IMG/VR virus record: IMGVR_UViG_3300017917_003822 | Coordinates: 186,001 to 250,000 of that record | Direction: 5' to 3' (one strand) | Length of the DNA: 64,000 nt | Shown: positions 27,233-37,046 of the stretch, in pieces | Layout of the letters: each line of letters starts with the position of its first letter | Position numbering within the stretch: position 1 is the first letter of the stretch | Made by a program: the position numbers and the translations under genes | The notes under the pieces: model-generated | Seen by the model: the letters and a program-made list of their open reading frames with translations, nothing else | The model's database searches: none | Told to the model about the DNA's origin: nothing

Positions 27233-28312
27233 ATGAAATACGACATAAACATATTAAATAGCTATATTGATAATGGGCTGCTGGAAAAAAACCCACATCC
27301 AACATTACCTCTCGATATCTACAACTACTCCCGGGAGTGCCAATTTTCACGTCATTGGGATGAGATAACCCTCAACATGAGGGGCACAGTCTTAGACAGA
27401 GATGGAAATGTAGTAGCAAGAACATTTTCAAAATTCTTCAATCTGGAAGAACATCAACCCGAAGAAATTCCAAATGAATCATTTGACGTTTTTGAAAAAA
27501 TGGATGGTTCACTGGGTATTTTATTTAATTACAACGATCAGTGGATATTTGCAACTAAGGGATCATTCTCGTCAGATCAATCAATCAGAGGTAAGGAAAT
27601 TTTGGAGAAGTACGACTATCAAAGTCTAGCGAAAGATTGCACATATTTATTCGAGATCATATATCCAGAAAATAGAATTGTCGTCAGCTACGATTTCGAA
27701 GATCTAGTACTATTAGCAATCATCAATAACGAGGATGGCTATGAATATGACATACACTCGGAGGAGGCGCTTTCTGATGTACTGGATATCAAGGGTTTTA
27801 GAATTGTTAAAAAATACCATGGAGTTCAGGACTATAAGGAGCTTAAGAAAATCATAGATAACAATGCAGAGGGATTCGTCATCAGATTCAAATCTGGTTT
27901 CAGAATGAAGATCAAAGGGGAAGAGTATGTTAGACTCCATCGGCTTCTAACAAACTTCTCGAACATTGACATCTGGGAACTTTTGAAGAATGGGGAGGAT
28001 CTTGGTAATTTTCTGGACAGAGTTCCTGATGAATTTGATCTCTGGGTCAAGAATATTATCTCAGATCTAAGAAGACAGTACCTGGTAATCGAGGAATCAG
28101 CACATGAGGTCCATTCATCATTCTTTGTTGCGAGACCAGATTTTTCGAGAGAAGCGGGAAAGAAAGAATATGCTCTGTGGGTTAAAGAACAAGAAAAGAA
28201 TTTGCAAGGTATATTATTTTGTCTGTATGACGAGAAAAGGTATTCGGATCACATTTGGAAAATGATAAGACCGAAATACCAAAAACCATTTTGGAACAAA
28301 ATTGAGGATTGA
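27233..28312 (+). CDS. RNA ligase, T4 Rnl1 family
   Basis: KFFN, EKMDGSLG, ATKGSF, FEIIYPENRIV, EGFV, KIK. Confidence 0.88.
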   Translation: MKYDINILNSYIDNGLLEKNPHPTLPLDIYNYSRECQFSRHWDEITLNMRGTVLDRDGNVVARTFSKFFNLEEHQPEEIPNESFDVFEKMDGSLGILFNYNDQWIFATKGSFSSDQSIRGKEILEKYDYQSLAKDCTYLFEIIYPENRIVVSYDFEDLVLLAIINNEDGYEYDIHSEEALSDVLDIKGFRIVKKYHGVQDYKELKKIIDNNAEGFVIRFKSGFRMKIKGEEYVRLHRLLTNFSNIDIWELLKNGEDLGNFLDRVPDEFDLWVKNIISDLRRQYLVIEESAHEVHSSFFVARPDFSREAGKKEYALWVKEQEKNLQGILFCLYDEKRYSDHIWKMIRPKYQKPFWNKIED

Positions 28313-28313
28313 T

Positions 28314-28955
28314 ATGAAAATTATATTAGAAAAAAACCAGAATTTATATTTCACGAGTGATACACACTATAATCACTCCAATATTTGCCGGGGAACGTCA
28401 AATTGGCCAGGCGGAAGAGGAACCCGAAATTTCCATTCACTTGGAGAGATGAACGATGCCATAGTCTCTGGGATCAATTCTATTGTAGGTCCTGACGATT
28501 ATCTTGTTCATATGGGAGATTGGAGCTTTGGTGGATTTGAATCTATCATAGAATTCAGAAAAAGAATAGCATGTAAGAACATTATTCTTTTCCTCGGGAA
28601 TCACGATCATCATATCAGAAACAATAAGGAAGGTGTTCAAGGATACTTTAGAAAAGTTTCAAGCTACGATGTACTGGATATTAGAAGACCGGAAGGAAAG
28701 GAAACTGCTAAATATCAATTTGTATGTTGTCACTTTCCCATAGCAAGTTGGGACGGCATGAACAAGAAGGTTCCACATCTACATGGTCACGTTCACTTGC
28801 CTCCAAATTTAAAAATTCACGAGGGGAGAGCAATGGACGTTGGAGTAGATGGAAACAATCTACAACCCTACAGCTTAAATGAAATATTAAAGATCATGAA
28901 GGATCGTCCAATTAAACATTTGACTTTACCAAAAGACCATCACACAGAGGAATAG
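28314..28955 (+). CDS. calcineurin-like metallophosphoesterase
   Basis: SDTH, GD, GNHD, HFP, HGHVH, DVGVD. Confidence 0.88.
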   Translation: MKIILEKNQNLYFTSDTHYNHSNICRGTSNWPGGRGTRNFHSLGEMNDAIVSGINSIVGPDDYLVHMGDWSFGGFESIIEFRKRIACKNIILFLGNHDHHIRNNKEGVQGYFRKVSSYDVLDIRRPEGKETAKYQFVCCHFPIASWDGMNKKVPHLHGHVHLPPNLKIHEGRAMDVGVDGNNLQPYSLNEILKIMKDRPIKHLTLPKDHHTEE

Positions 28956-28956
28956 T

Positions 28957-29088
28957 ATGGAAGTAAATGTGGCACAAAGGAGGTTTTGTATCTGGAGATT
29001 AGAATTGTGGTGGATCGCTTTTGATTTGCACCAATTTCATCCGGAAGGTAGGGTTCATTTAAGAGGTAACTGGTTCTGGAGAATATAA
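28957..29088 (+). CDS. small Trp-rich hypothetical peptide (not in ORF track)
   Basis: MEVNVAQRRFCIWRLELWWIAFDLHQFHPEGRVHLRGNWFWRI fills the gap. Confidence 0.4.
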   Translation: MEVNVAQRRFCIWRLELWWIAFDLHQFHPEGRVHLRGNWFWRI

Positions 29089-29099
29089 AAACAAGAGAA

Positions 29100-29273
29100 A
29101 TGATAACACAAGAAATTTTAAACACTTTTGTCTTCGATACAATCGGGGGAGAAAAATTTGGGGTCAATGATCCAATAGCTCATGATGAGATTATTGGATA
29201 CTATCCATCGAGAGAGGAAGCAGAAAAAGCTTTCATTGAGTACGTAGAAAAAGAAGGTATAATATTCGAATAA
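29100..29273 (+). CDS. small hypothetical protein (not in ORF track)
   Basis: MITQEILNTFVFD... 57 aa; TAATG overlap with the next gene. Confidence 0.6.
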   Translation: MITQEILNTFVFDTIGGEKFGVNDPIAHDEIIGYYPSREEAEKAFIEYVEKEGIIFE

Positions 29274-29719
29274 TGGAAAATTCAAGAACTGGATACAGTA
29301 TAATTAAACCAACCATGTTTCTCATAAGAGGAATCCCAGGATCTGGTAAATCGACATTTGCAAATCACATCTGGAACGAGTATGCAATCTGCGAAGCAGA
29401 CAAATACTTCATAGACAAGGAAACTGGTGAATATAAATTTGATGCCTCTAAGCTGAAGGATGCGCATGAATGGTGCAGAAATGAAGTTGAGAACAGAATG
29501 AAAGAACATCATCTTAATCCACAGTACTATCCTGAAATAGCAGTGTCCAATACATTCACCCAAGAATGGGAAATGCAAAATTATCTGGATCTTGCTGATA
29601 AGTATGGTTATCAGGTTGTTTCTTTGATAGTGGAGAACCGACACGGAGGATCGAACGTTCACAACGTTCCGGAAGAAACCTTGGATAGAATGAGACAAAG
29701 ATTTGAAATTAAACTATAA
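29273..29719 (+). CDS. P-loop kinase, polynucleotide-kinase (AAA_33)-like
   Basis: RGIPGSGKST, EAD.YF, SNTF, HNVP. Confidence 0.8.
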   Translation: MENSRTGYSIIKPTMFLIRGIPGSGKSTFANHIWNEYAICEADKYFIDKETGEYKFDASKLKDAHEWCRNEVENRMKEHHLNPQYYPEIAVSNTFTQEWEMQNYLDLADKYGYQVVSLIVENRHGGSNVHNVPEETLDRMRQRFEIKL

Positions 29720-29725
29720 CAACCA

Positions 29726-30472
29726 ATGGAGGAATTAACATTATCGGAAGCTAAAGAAAAATACAGAGTCAGAAAGGCTTTCGACATCTACATAGAGGAC
29801 AAACTTCATACAGTTTATGATATAGATGGATATGAACATAAAAATGGTGAATGGAACGGTACACCAACAACGTGGTGGTTGGATTACAGCAGGGATGTAG
29901 TTAGAGGCGAGGTTACTCCGGAGAGAAATCTGATTCCATATGTTGATAAGGGAAATAATAGGATCTGCTGGGAAATTCGTTTCAAACAGAGAAATTATAT
30001 GAAGCACAAATGGGACGAATGGAGCTTGAGGAACTCTGGAACCTGCGAGATATTTGCAAATGGCAAAAAGGTCTACAGCTTTGGTACATTTGATGTTTCA
30101 TACGCTCTAAGTAAGGCACAATATCTGATGGTTCAGTTAAGAGAACATCCGTATGATTTTCTCAATCCGGAGAATGAGCAAGATAGAAAGATATGGTACT
30201 ATGGTCTACCGGCTAAGGTTAAGCCTAGCGATTATGCACCAGGAGAAATTAGTATACTCCCAGATTACACTGGAATTGAACCAGAAAGATGGTGGGATGA
30301 ATACGAGAAAAGAAGAAAACCTGTGGATTTGAAATCGGATAGAGAACTCAGCGAGTGGGAAAAACAAGACATTGAATCTGACGAGCAGGATTTTAATGAG
30401 ACTAGGAGCTACGGCAGAATAAATCACGGCGATGCACTCTGGGACGGAATGATAAATTGGTTTAGAAACTAA
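29726..30472 (+). CDS. hypothetical protein
   Basis: 248 aa ORF. Confidence 0.75.
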   Translation: MEELTLSEAKEKYRVRKAFDIYIEDKLHTVYDIDGYEHKNGEWNGTPTTWWLDYSRDVVRGEVTPERNLIPYVDKGNNRICWEIRFKQRNYMKHKWDEWSLRNSGTCEIFANGKKVYSFGTFDVSYALSKAQYLMVQLREHPYDFLNPENEQDRKIWYYGLPAKVKPSDYAPGEISILPDYTGIEPERWWDEYEKRRKPVDLKSDRELSEWEKQDIESDEQDFNETRSYGRINHGDALWDGMINWFRN

Positions 30473-30478
30473 TAAGGA

Positions 30479-30862
30479 ATGACAACATCTCTTATCATCA
30501 GAGGCGAAGTTTTGGGAGCATATGATCTTACTTTTGAAGAATTTAAGACATCGGAGCTCAGAACAGTTTTTTTCGAGGAGATCGAAAGAACAATCAGCAT
30601 GATATATCAGAGATACGCTTTTGAACCAAGAAGTCCAAAAGTTTTAGCAAAGATACTCGAGGATTCGAGGGAGATTCTATTTCCAGGTAAACCCAATGTT
30701 AGATTAACATTTAGCAAGGACGTAAATAAAGGAAGACTCGATTTGAATGTCATCATGAACTCGATGAAAATAGTAATCAGGAAGCAAGAGCTTTCCATAG
30801 TTGAATATCTGATCCACTTGGCAGCAATTAAGTGTGGCATCGCTTTTATAAAAATAAAATAA
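30479..30862 (+). CDS. hypothetical protein
   Basis: 127 aa ORF. Confidence 0.65.
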   Translation: MTTSLIIRGEVLGAYDLTFEEFKTSELRTVFFEEIERTISMIYQRYAFEPRSPKVLAKILEDSREILFPGKPNVRLTFSKDVNKGRLDLNVIMNSMKIVIRKQELSIVEYLIHLAAIKCGIAFIKIK

Positions 30863-30867
30863 TAAAC

Positions 30868-31278
30868 ATGGAATATAATTTATTTCTAGACGACTTCAGG
30901 CACCCATATGATTGTGTGCCATATATGCCGAATCGTGAAATTTACGCGAAATGGAAATGGGAGATAGTTAGAAACTATGACGAGTTTGTCGAGTATATTA
31001 CGAAAAATGGTCTTCCTACTCACGTCTCATTCGATCACGATCTTGCTGATGAGCATTATGACGATAGCATGTATGGAGGTCAGGCAGACTATGATAGGAT
31101 GTATCAGGAATTCAAGGAAAAGACTGGACTTGACTGTGCAAAATGGTTAGTTGATTACTGTATGGACAACAACCAGAAGCTTCCTGAATATTCTGTTCAC
31201 TCGATGAATCCTGCTGGTGGAAAAAACATTCTGGAGTACCTTAACAACTTTAAAAAATTTCAGGAAGATGGAAAATAA
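30868..31278 (+). CDS. cyclic-phosphate-processing receiver-like domain protein
   Basis: LFLDD.R, SFDHDL, TG.DCAKW, VHSMNP.G. Confidence 0.75.
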   Translation: MEYNLFLDDFRHPYDCVPYMPNREIYAKWKWEIVRNYDEFVEYITKNGLPTHVSFDHDLADEHYDDSMYGGQADYDRMYQEFKEKTGLDCAKWLVDYCMDNNQKLPEYSVHSMNPAGGKNILEYLNNFKKFQEDGK

Positions 31279-31675
31279 GAAACCTCTCAGAACACTATCA
31301 AAAGAAGATCTCATTAATAGCTTCAACCACGGTCTGACTGTTGGAGGACTTAAAAAATTCATCGAGGAGAACAACGTTCCGGATGATGCCAAAGTTATGG
31401 TTCAGAGAGTTCATGACCACTACTTTGAAAATAATAATTGGGGAGTTTATCTAAAGGAGGGCTATTGGTATTATTCGGCAGAAAAAACAAATGAAAATAT
31501 GCTCGAGGAGATCGAGAGAAGAAACAAAGGGCTTGAACCTGAATATGATCTAGAAGATCCAAAATCTTTAATGGTAGAGCTCGGAGATGAACTTAAGGAA
31601 CAATATTATCCAGCTTGGTCATGTGTTAGATACAGAGATGACCAGGATTTATTATTTATAGACTCACATTATTAA
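31268..31675 (+). CDS. hypothetical protein
   Basis: LTVG.LKKF...PDD. Confidence 0.7.
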   Translation: MENKKPLRTLSKEDLINSFNHGLTVGGLKKFIEENNVPDDAKVMVQRVHDHYFENNNWGVYLKEGYWYYSAEKTNENMLEEIERRNKGLEPEYDLEDPKSLMVELGDELKEQYYPAWSCVRYRDDQDLLFIDSHY

Positions 31676-31689
31676 CAAAAAATAGAAAT

Positions 31690-32358
31690 ATGAACAACTC
31701 AGCAGAATTTAGAAAATACGCTTTAAGTCAGGGTATAAGCTCGCTAACACTGGACTATCACGATAAACAAATCCAGGCATCAATGACTCCGATGATCCTT
31801 GAGGAAAGGGAAATGAGAGTCACCCAGATGACTGTTTTTGATAGATTGATGATGGATAGAATCCTTTGGGTAGCTGGTCCGGTTAACGATAGAATGTCAA
31901 CCATAGTTCAGGCTCAACTTATGTTCCTTGATTCCGTTGATGATAGGGATATTACTATGCACATTGACTCCCCCGGTGGGTCTGTTAAATCTGGTCTGAG
32001 TATGGTTGATGTTATGTCGTATATTAAATCGGATATCCGAACAGTTAACACAGGGATGGCAGCTTCGATGGGATCAATTTTACTTGGAGCAGGAACTAAA
32101 GGAAAAAGATCGTCGTTAAGATTTAGTAAAGTTATGTTGCACCAATCCAGCGGTGGATTTAGTGGAAACATCCAGGATGCAGAAATCGACATGATAGAAT
32201 GGAAAAAATACAATGAGATCCTGTTTGAGTTATTGGGTGAATATTGTGACAAACCAGCAGAACAAGTAATGCAAGATGCGACTAGGGATTTTTGGTTGAG
32301 TGCAGATGATGCTGTTGCTTATGGCATTATCGACGAGGTAATCAGATCTAAAAAATAA
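31690..32358 (+). CDS. clpP: ATP-dependent Clp protease proteolytic subunit
   Basis: AQLMFL, DSPGGSV, GMAASMG (Ser), MLHQ (His), RDFWLSA. Confidence 0.95.
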   Translation: MNNSAEFRKYALSQGISSLTLDYHDKQIQASMTPMILEEREMRVTQMTVFDRLMMDRILWVAGPVNDRMSTIVQAQLMFLDSVDDRDITMHIDSPGGSVKSGLSMVDVMSYIKSDIRTVNTGMAASMGSILLGAGTKGKRSSLRFSKVMLHQSSGGFSGNIQDAEIDMIEWKKYNEILFELLGEYCDKPAEQVMQDATRDFWLSADDAVAYGIIDEVIRSKK

Positions 32359-32367
32359 TATCGGGAT

Positions 32368-32577
32368 ATGGCCAAGGGAAACTATATAATTCACGAGGAG
32401 CTCAACGACAAACAGCAGAAAATGTACGAAGAATGGATCGCTCACATTAAAGCGATCTATGGTGAGTATGGTACATTTACCTGGAAGGTTACTCCGACAG
32501 GTATTGGAAGCGGAATATCCGTTTATAGTCACAAAACAAAAACTGAATTGGATCTAACAGATGTCGATAGCTGGTAA
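32368..32577 (+). CDS. hypothetical protein (TPTGIG family)
   Basis: 69 aa ORF. Confidence 0.7.
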   Translation: MAKGNYIIHEELNDKQQKMYEEWIAHIKAIYGEYGTFTWKVTPTGIGSGISVYSHKTKTELDLTDVDSW

Positions 32578-32896
32578 CAAGGAAAAAGAATTATGTGAAT
32601 GCGGGAAGATGGCCGTTTGGTGCTACCTTCCAGGTTACAGAGATGGTAGCAGTCCATATTCCTGTGAAGATTGCGTAAATCGAGGTTGTGACTGTAATCA
32701 CCGATATGTTGACCCTAACTCATATCATCCTCCACTCGATGAACCGGATCTTCCAGATGGTGAGGAGGGGGTTGATTGGACTTGGGTAGATGAAGATAAG
32801 AAAGCATGGACATATATCGACGAAAAGGGAAGACAGTATCCCTGCTGTGAATATCATCATGATCCCGAGGGGTTCGACGTTTACGAGGAAGACTAA
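32561..32896 (+). CDS. Cys-rich hypothetical protein
   Basis: CECG, CEDC..RGCDC, PCCEY. Confidence 0.7.
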   Translation: MSIAGNKEKELCECGKMAVWCYLPGYRDGSSPYSCEDCVNRGCDCNHRYVDPNSYHPPLDEPDLPDGEEGVDWTWVDEDKKAWTYIDEKGRQYPCCEYHHDPEGFDVYEED

Positions 32897-32909
32897 AAAA
32901 AGATAATAT

Positions 32910-33200
32910 ATGGTAGAATTAAAAGAAAAGAAAGAAATTTTGATCTGTGATTGCCACTCGACAGAACACCAGGTCGTGATATATTACAGTGAGGATGAGT
33001 TTGAGGATGGTAGAAAATACCCCATGTGTTATTTTCATATTCACTTAAACAAATTACCATTTCTGGAGAGACTGAGGTATGCGATCAAATACATATTCGG
33101 ACGGAAGTCGAGATATGGGGCATTCGATGAATTTATCATTAACCCATCCGATGCTGATAAGTTACAGGATCTGGTTAATTATTTAAAACAAAAAGAATGA
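32910..33200 (+). CDS. hypothetical protein
   Basis: CDCHS.EH. Confidence 0.7.
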   Translation: MVELKEKKEILICDCHSTEHQVVIYYSEDEFEDGRKYPMCYFHIHLNKLPFLERLRYAIKYIFGRKSRYGAFDEFIINPSDADKLQDLVNYLKQKE

Positions 33201-33424
33201 TCTGGAAAAGTATCGAAGAAGAAACTCCGGTTGCCTATGAAAGTGGTAACTGGGACGGACTAAGAAGCGAAGAAGTTCTGGTGTCTGATAAAGAAGGTAA
33301 ATTGAACATAGCCCGAATGTATAAGGGCACAATGGACGGATCTCACTTTAGACAATTCTATGACCATCGAGATTTTGAGATACCTGAAGTAACTCACTGG
33401 TGTAAAATTCCCATGCTACTTTAG
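33197..33424 (+). CDS. DUF551-like hypothetical protein
   Basis: W.SIEE..P...VTHW..IP. Confidence 0.65.
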   Translation: MIWKSIEEETPVAYESGNWDGLRSEEVLVSDKEGKLNIARMYKGTMDGSHFRQFYDHRDFEIPEVTHWCKIPMLL

Positions 33425-33443
33425 TGCATGGGAATTTTTTTTT
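33404..33443 (+). terminator. intrinsic terminator
   Basis: AAAATTCCCATGC/GCATGGGAATTTT plus T-tract. Confidence 0.7.
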
Positions 33444-33451
33444 GATATATA
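33444..33451 (+). promoter_or_regulatory. putative late promoter RATATATA
   Basis: GATATATA, 4 nt before ATG. Confidence 0.6.
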
Positions 33452-33455
33452 GTTC

Positions 33456-34193
33456 ATGCTAAAATACCTAAAGGAATATCACGAATTTGAATATTCACAA
33501 GAAACAGATCTTAATGAGGGGTTTCTCGGTGACATCAAGGACATATGGAACAGCTTCATGAGACTAGTCGAAAAAATACTCAAGGAGAAGAAGGCTGGTC
33601 AGAAAACAAAGACACCAACAGTAAAAAAACCTTCACCCCTGGAGGGTCAACATATGTTATATCTTCCGCATCAACAGGGACCATCCGGTGCTGTTAAATT
33701 GGTAGATGTTTATAGAGGTAAAAAGAAACTCGATCCAAACGACAGAACAAAGCTACTTAAGAATATGCCATCATCGGATCCAGGCTATCAAAAAGTTTTA
33801 AAAGGTAACGATAGGGAGGCGGTAACTGCTTTTCTGAATTACCAAAAAAATACATGGGATAATTATCAAAAGGAAGCTCTATCAAAAATAAAACTACCAG
33901 AAAATAAGGTAGTTAAAAAAGCGATAGATAAGCTACCAAATCCAAATTTTCCTAAAGAATTTTTAACCACTGTGGCTTATAAGGAATCGAGATTTGTTCC
34001 AAATCCACCAACAAACAAAACATATAGAGGACTATTTCAAATAGGTCCTTCTGCGTGGGCACAATTAAAAAGAATAAACCCGGAAAAATATAAAGGATCT
34101 CTCCCACCAATAGATCCTATCAAAAACACCCAAGCGGGTCACGATTATCTTAAGTGGACCTACGAACAATTTGAAAAGGACGTAAGGGTATAA
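33456..34193 (+). CDS. lytic transglycosylase (SLT-like) domain protein with CTS-like N-terminus
   Basis: VAYKESRF, GLFQI, DP..N...G..YL. Confidence 0.65.
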   Translation: MLKYLKEYHEFEYSQETDLNEGFLGDIKDIWNSFMRLVEKILKEKKAGQKTKTPTVKKPSPLEGQHMLYLPHQQGPSGAVKLVDVYRGKKKLDPNDRTKLLKNMPSSDPGYQKVLKGNDREAVTAFLNYQKNTWDNYQKEALSKIKLPENKVVKKAIDKLPNPNFPKEFLTTVAYKESRFVPNPPTNKTYRGLFQIGPSAWAQLKRINPEKYKGSLPPIDPIKNTQAGHDYLKWTYEQFEKDVRV

Positions 34194-34772
34194 TTATTTT
34201 TTATCTTTTAGATTTGCTTTTGCTTGCTTGTATAGCGCTTTATCACCGACTTCGGTTGTTCTTCCGCCAGTCACAAAAGAATTAACTCTTGCCATGGCCC
34301 ATTGCTGAGGAGTAGTTCCGGGAACATGACCAGTTTTCCAAGCCGCATAGCCTCTAGCCCAAACTTTCTTTAATATACCAAGAGGGAATCCGGTCTTATC
34401 CGATTTCTTTTTAAGAGCCTTGTATACCGGACTATTTTTACCCATTGACGATTCTTGTAAAATTTCCTCCGTCAAATCATCATTTTCTATAAGGATATCC
34501 TCAAAAAGATTGTCTGGCAAGCCGAATGAATCGAAATCCACTATATTCTTAGGTTCGAAGTTGTCACTTTCACCAAACATCTCCTTATACTTTTTCGTGT
34601 ATTTAGATGCTTTGGTTGGAACAGGTTTACCCTTTCCAGCTTTTCTGCTTTTATAGTCAGCATCCCATGGACCGTATGCTGATGAGTCATCATCTGCTTT
34701 GTGTCCGTGTTTTTTAATTTCTCTCTTCATCACTTCCGGATTTCTGGTGAGATATTTCTTAGGTAATTTCAT
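34194..34772 (-). CDS. DUF5824-like protein
   Basis: GILKKVWARGYAAWKTGH.PGTTPQQWAMARVNSF. Confidence 0.65.
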   Translation of the reverse strand: MKLPKKYLTRNPEVMKREIKKHGHKADDDSSAYGPWDADYKSRKAGKGKPVPTKASKYTKKYKEMFGESDNFEPKNIVDFDSFGLPDNLFEDILIENDDLTEEILQESSMGKNSPVYKALKKKSDKTGFPLGILKKVWARGYAAWKTGHVPGTTPQQWAMARVNSFVTGGRTTEVGDKALYKQAKANLKDKK

Positions 34773-34776
34773 ATTC

Positions 34777-34784
34777 TATATATC
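34777..34784 (-). promoter_or_regulatory. putative late promoter RATATATA
   Basis: GATATATA on minus strand, 4 nt before ATG. Confidence 0.6.
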
Positions 34785-34803
34785 GTAAAATTTTTTGAAT
34801 TAA

Positions 34804-34835
34804 TTTTTTTAATTCGAGAGAATGCCCTATATTTG
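34804..34835 (+). promoter_or_regulatory. T-tract/CG-N11/TAnnTTTG promoter
   Basis: CG 34815-16, TATATTTG 34828-35. Confidence 0.7.
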
Positions 34836-34850
34836 AGAAAAAAATACAAC

Positions 34851-35705
34851 ATGAGTCATTTCACAGTAATGGTTATCGGGGAGAATCCAGAAGATCAACT
34901 TGCCCCGTTTCAAGAAAATAACATGAGCAATTGTCCGGAGGAGTATCTGGAATTCAACGACGAAACTGAAATTCTACAGAAAGAATGGGAGAGCCTATCT
35001 GAGGATGAAAAAAACGAATATGATGACTTCGAATCTTTCGTTGGTGATCGTGGATATGATGAACATGAAGGTAAGTTTGGTTATTGGGAGAACCCAAACG
35101 CCAAATGGGACTGGTATGTTCTGGGAGGAAGATGGACCGGTTTCTTTAAAATGAAACCAGGTCACAAAGGAGAATCTGGCAGGGGTGGATTGTTTACACC
35201 ACCACCAGCGTCAGGAACTGCGGATTCAGCTCTCAAGAAGGATATAGACTTCAGAGAGATGCGAAGAAGTGCTGGTGAGGAGGCTGGTAAAACTTGGGAT
35301 AAAGTCATGAAAATCGTTGGTAATTTGAAAGATTATGCAACTTGGGAATATGTTAGGGATACCATATCATCAGGTGATATTGATGCTGCCAGAGAGTATT
35401 ATGCCAATCAGAAAGCAGTTGTCAAGCTAAATGAATACAACAGAAAAAACAGCTACAAGATGGCATTTATTAATCTTGATGATTTTGTGGGTTCAAGAGA
35501 GGATTACTGTATCGATGCTGCCAATTCTTCATTCGTAACTTTCGCAGTAATTAAGGACGGAGTTTGGTATGAAAAAGGATCAATGGGATGGTGGGGAATG
35601 GTTAGCAACGAGAAAAATCAGGATGATTGGAATTCGGAGGTTTCTAAAATGATCGACGAACTACCGGAGGACACACTAATCTCAGTTTACGACTGTCATA
35701 TTTAA
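34851..35705 (+). CDS. conserved phage protein (NPNAKWDWY..GGRW ... DCH family)
   Basis: MSHF.VMVIG, NPNAKWDWYVLGGRW, G.MGWWG, YDCHI. Confidence 0.75.
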   Translation: MSHFTVMVIGENPEDQLAPFQENNMSNCPEEYLEFNDETEILQKEWESLSEDEKNEYDDFESFVGDRGYDEHEGKFGYWENPNAKWDWYVLGGRWTGFFKMKPGHKGESGRGGLFTPPPASGTADSALKKDIDFREMRRSAGEEAGKTWDKVMKIVGNLKDYATWEYVRDTISSGDIDAAREYYANQKAVVKLNEYNRKNSYKMAFINLDDFVGSREDYCIDAANSSFVTFAVIKDGVWYEKGSMGWWGMVSNEKNQDDWNSEVSKMIDELPEDTLISVYDCHI

Positions 35706-35709
35706 TCCA

Positions 35710-36165
35710 ATGATTAAGAATAACGAAAATAAATCCATCTGCTTCGGTTGCGGACAGTGCTGCAAATCTCTTCCTGGTATAGTCTCTCCAAGTGATCTGA
35801 AAGAGGTTACTGTGGAGTCACTAACAGATCTTTTTGAGTCTGGCTATCAGTTTGATTACTGGGAAGGCAATCTAACGGGTAACCCGGAACATGATGACAT
35901 AACTTTCTTCTACCTACGTCCGCAGACAAAGAGCTCGGTTAACAAGATAGTTGATGCCTCCTGGGGGGGAGAATGTGTTTTTCTAAATGATGACGGATGT
36001 TCAAAATCTTTCGAAGAAAGACCATCCCAATGCAGAGCTTTGACACCATCGAAAGATGGTAACTGCTACCTTGATAAAAAATACGAGAAAAAGATCATGA
36101 TAGAGGAATGGTTACCGTACAATGAAATAATTATCGAAACGATTGATAAGATAAGTAAGGATTGA
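35710..36165 (+). CDS. YkgJ-like Cys-cluster (CxxCxxCC) protein
   Basis: CFGCGQCC, CVFL...GC....RPSQCR. Confidence 0.8.
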   Translation: MIKNNENKSICFGCGQCCKSLPGIVSPSDLKEVTVESLTDLFESGYQFDYWEGNLTGNPEHDDITFFYLRPQTKSSVNKIVDASWGGECVFLNDDGCSKSFEERPSQCRALTPSKDGNCYLDKKYEKKIMIEEWLPYNEIIIETIDKISKD

Positions 36166-36254
36166 TAATATGTATTACATTTTAACATTTTTAGCTGGTT
36201 TTATCATCGGAGCAGCAAGGGAAAGAGTGCTAAATTATAAAAATAAAAAATAAT

Positions 36255-36869
36255 ATGCCAACAGGATACACAGCAGGAATTATAGAAGGTAAAATCACCA
36301 CTTTTGAACAGTTTGCTAAAAAATGTATGAGAGCTTTCGGAGCAACAATTCATATGAGGGACGAGTCGCTAGATGCTGAATATGAACCTAGGACTCCATC
36401 AGATTATTATGTTGCTAGTCTGGAACGGGCAAAGAGAAAAATTAAGGAATTAGACGAATTACCAGATTCTCATTTTATTCAGGAGGAGATTTCACAAATC
36501 AAAAACGAAATAGTAAGAATAACCGATAAAATAGAGGAGATCAAAAAATCAAAAAAAAGATTGGAAACAATACTTTCTGATGTTGAAGCGTGGGTCCCCC
36601 CTGGGGAGGACCACATGAACTTCAAGGATTTCATGATCCAACAGTTGACCGATACTATTGATAGAGATTGCGACACGGAATATTATGATGCCGAGTTGGA
36701 CAAATATTACAAAAAACTCGAATCCCCTATCGACGTGGAGTCAATAAAAGAGGAGTTAAGAAATTCTTTTGAATATGATATTGAGAGATGTCAAAAAAAT
36801 CTAGACGAGGAAATAGCTAGATGTAAATCATCAAACGATTGGGTTGAAACTTTATTAAAATCTATATAA
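36255..36869 (+). CDS. conserved phage protein (MPTGYT family), coiled-coil
   Basis: MPTGYT...C.RAFGA.IHMRD. Confidence 0.75.
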   Translation: MPTGYTAGIIEGKITTFEQFAKKCMRAFGATIHMRDESLDAEYEPRTPSDYYVASLERAKRKIKELDELPDSHFIQEEISQIKNEIVRITDKIEEIKKSKKRLETILSDVEAWVPPGEDHMNFKDFMIQQLTDTIDRDCDTEYYDAELDKYYKKLESPIDVESIKEELRNSFEYDIERCQKNLDEEIARCKSSNDWVETLLKSI

Positions 36870-37037
36870 ATGGAACAAATTGTCATTATAACTAGTAGTC
36901 AATCGACTATCAACGAGCATCTCCGCTCCGGATGGAGGGTTAAATCTGTGACAGCACAACATGTGGTAACAGGAAGTACCTCCCAAATGAGAGGTGATTT
37001 TTGTTTTGTTTTGGAAAAAAATAACGAACACAAATAA
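36870..37037 (+). CDS. small hypothetical protein (not in ORF track)
   Basis: MEQIVIITSSQSTINEHLRSGW... 55 aa. Confidence 0.55.
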   Translation: MEQIVIITSSQSTINEHLRSGWRVKSVTAQHVVTGSTSQMRGDFCFVLEKNNEHK

Positions 37038-37046
37038 ACTATAACA

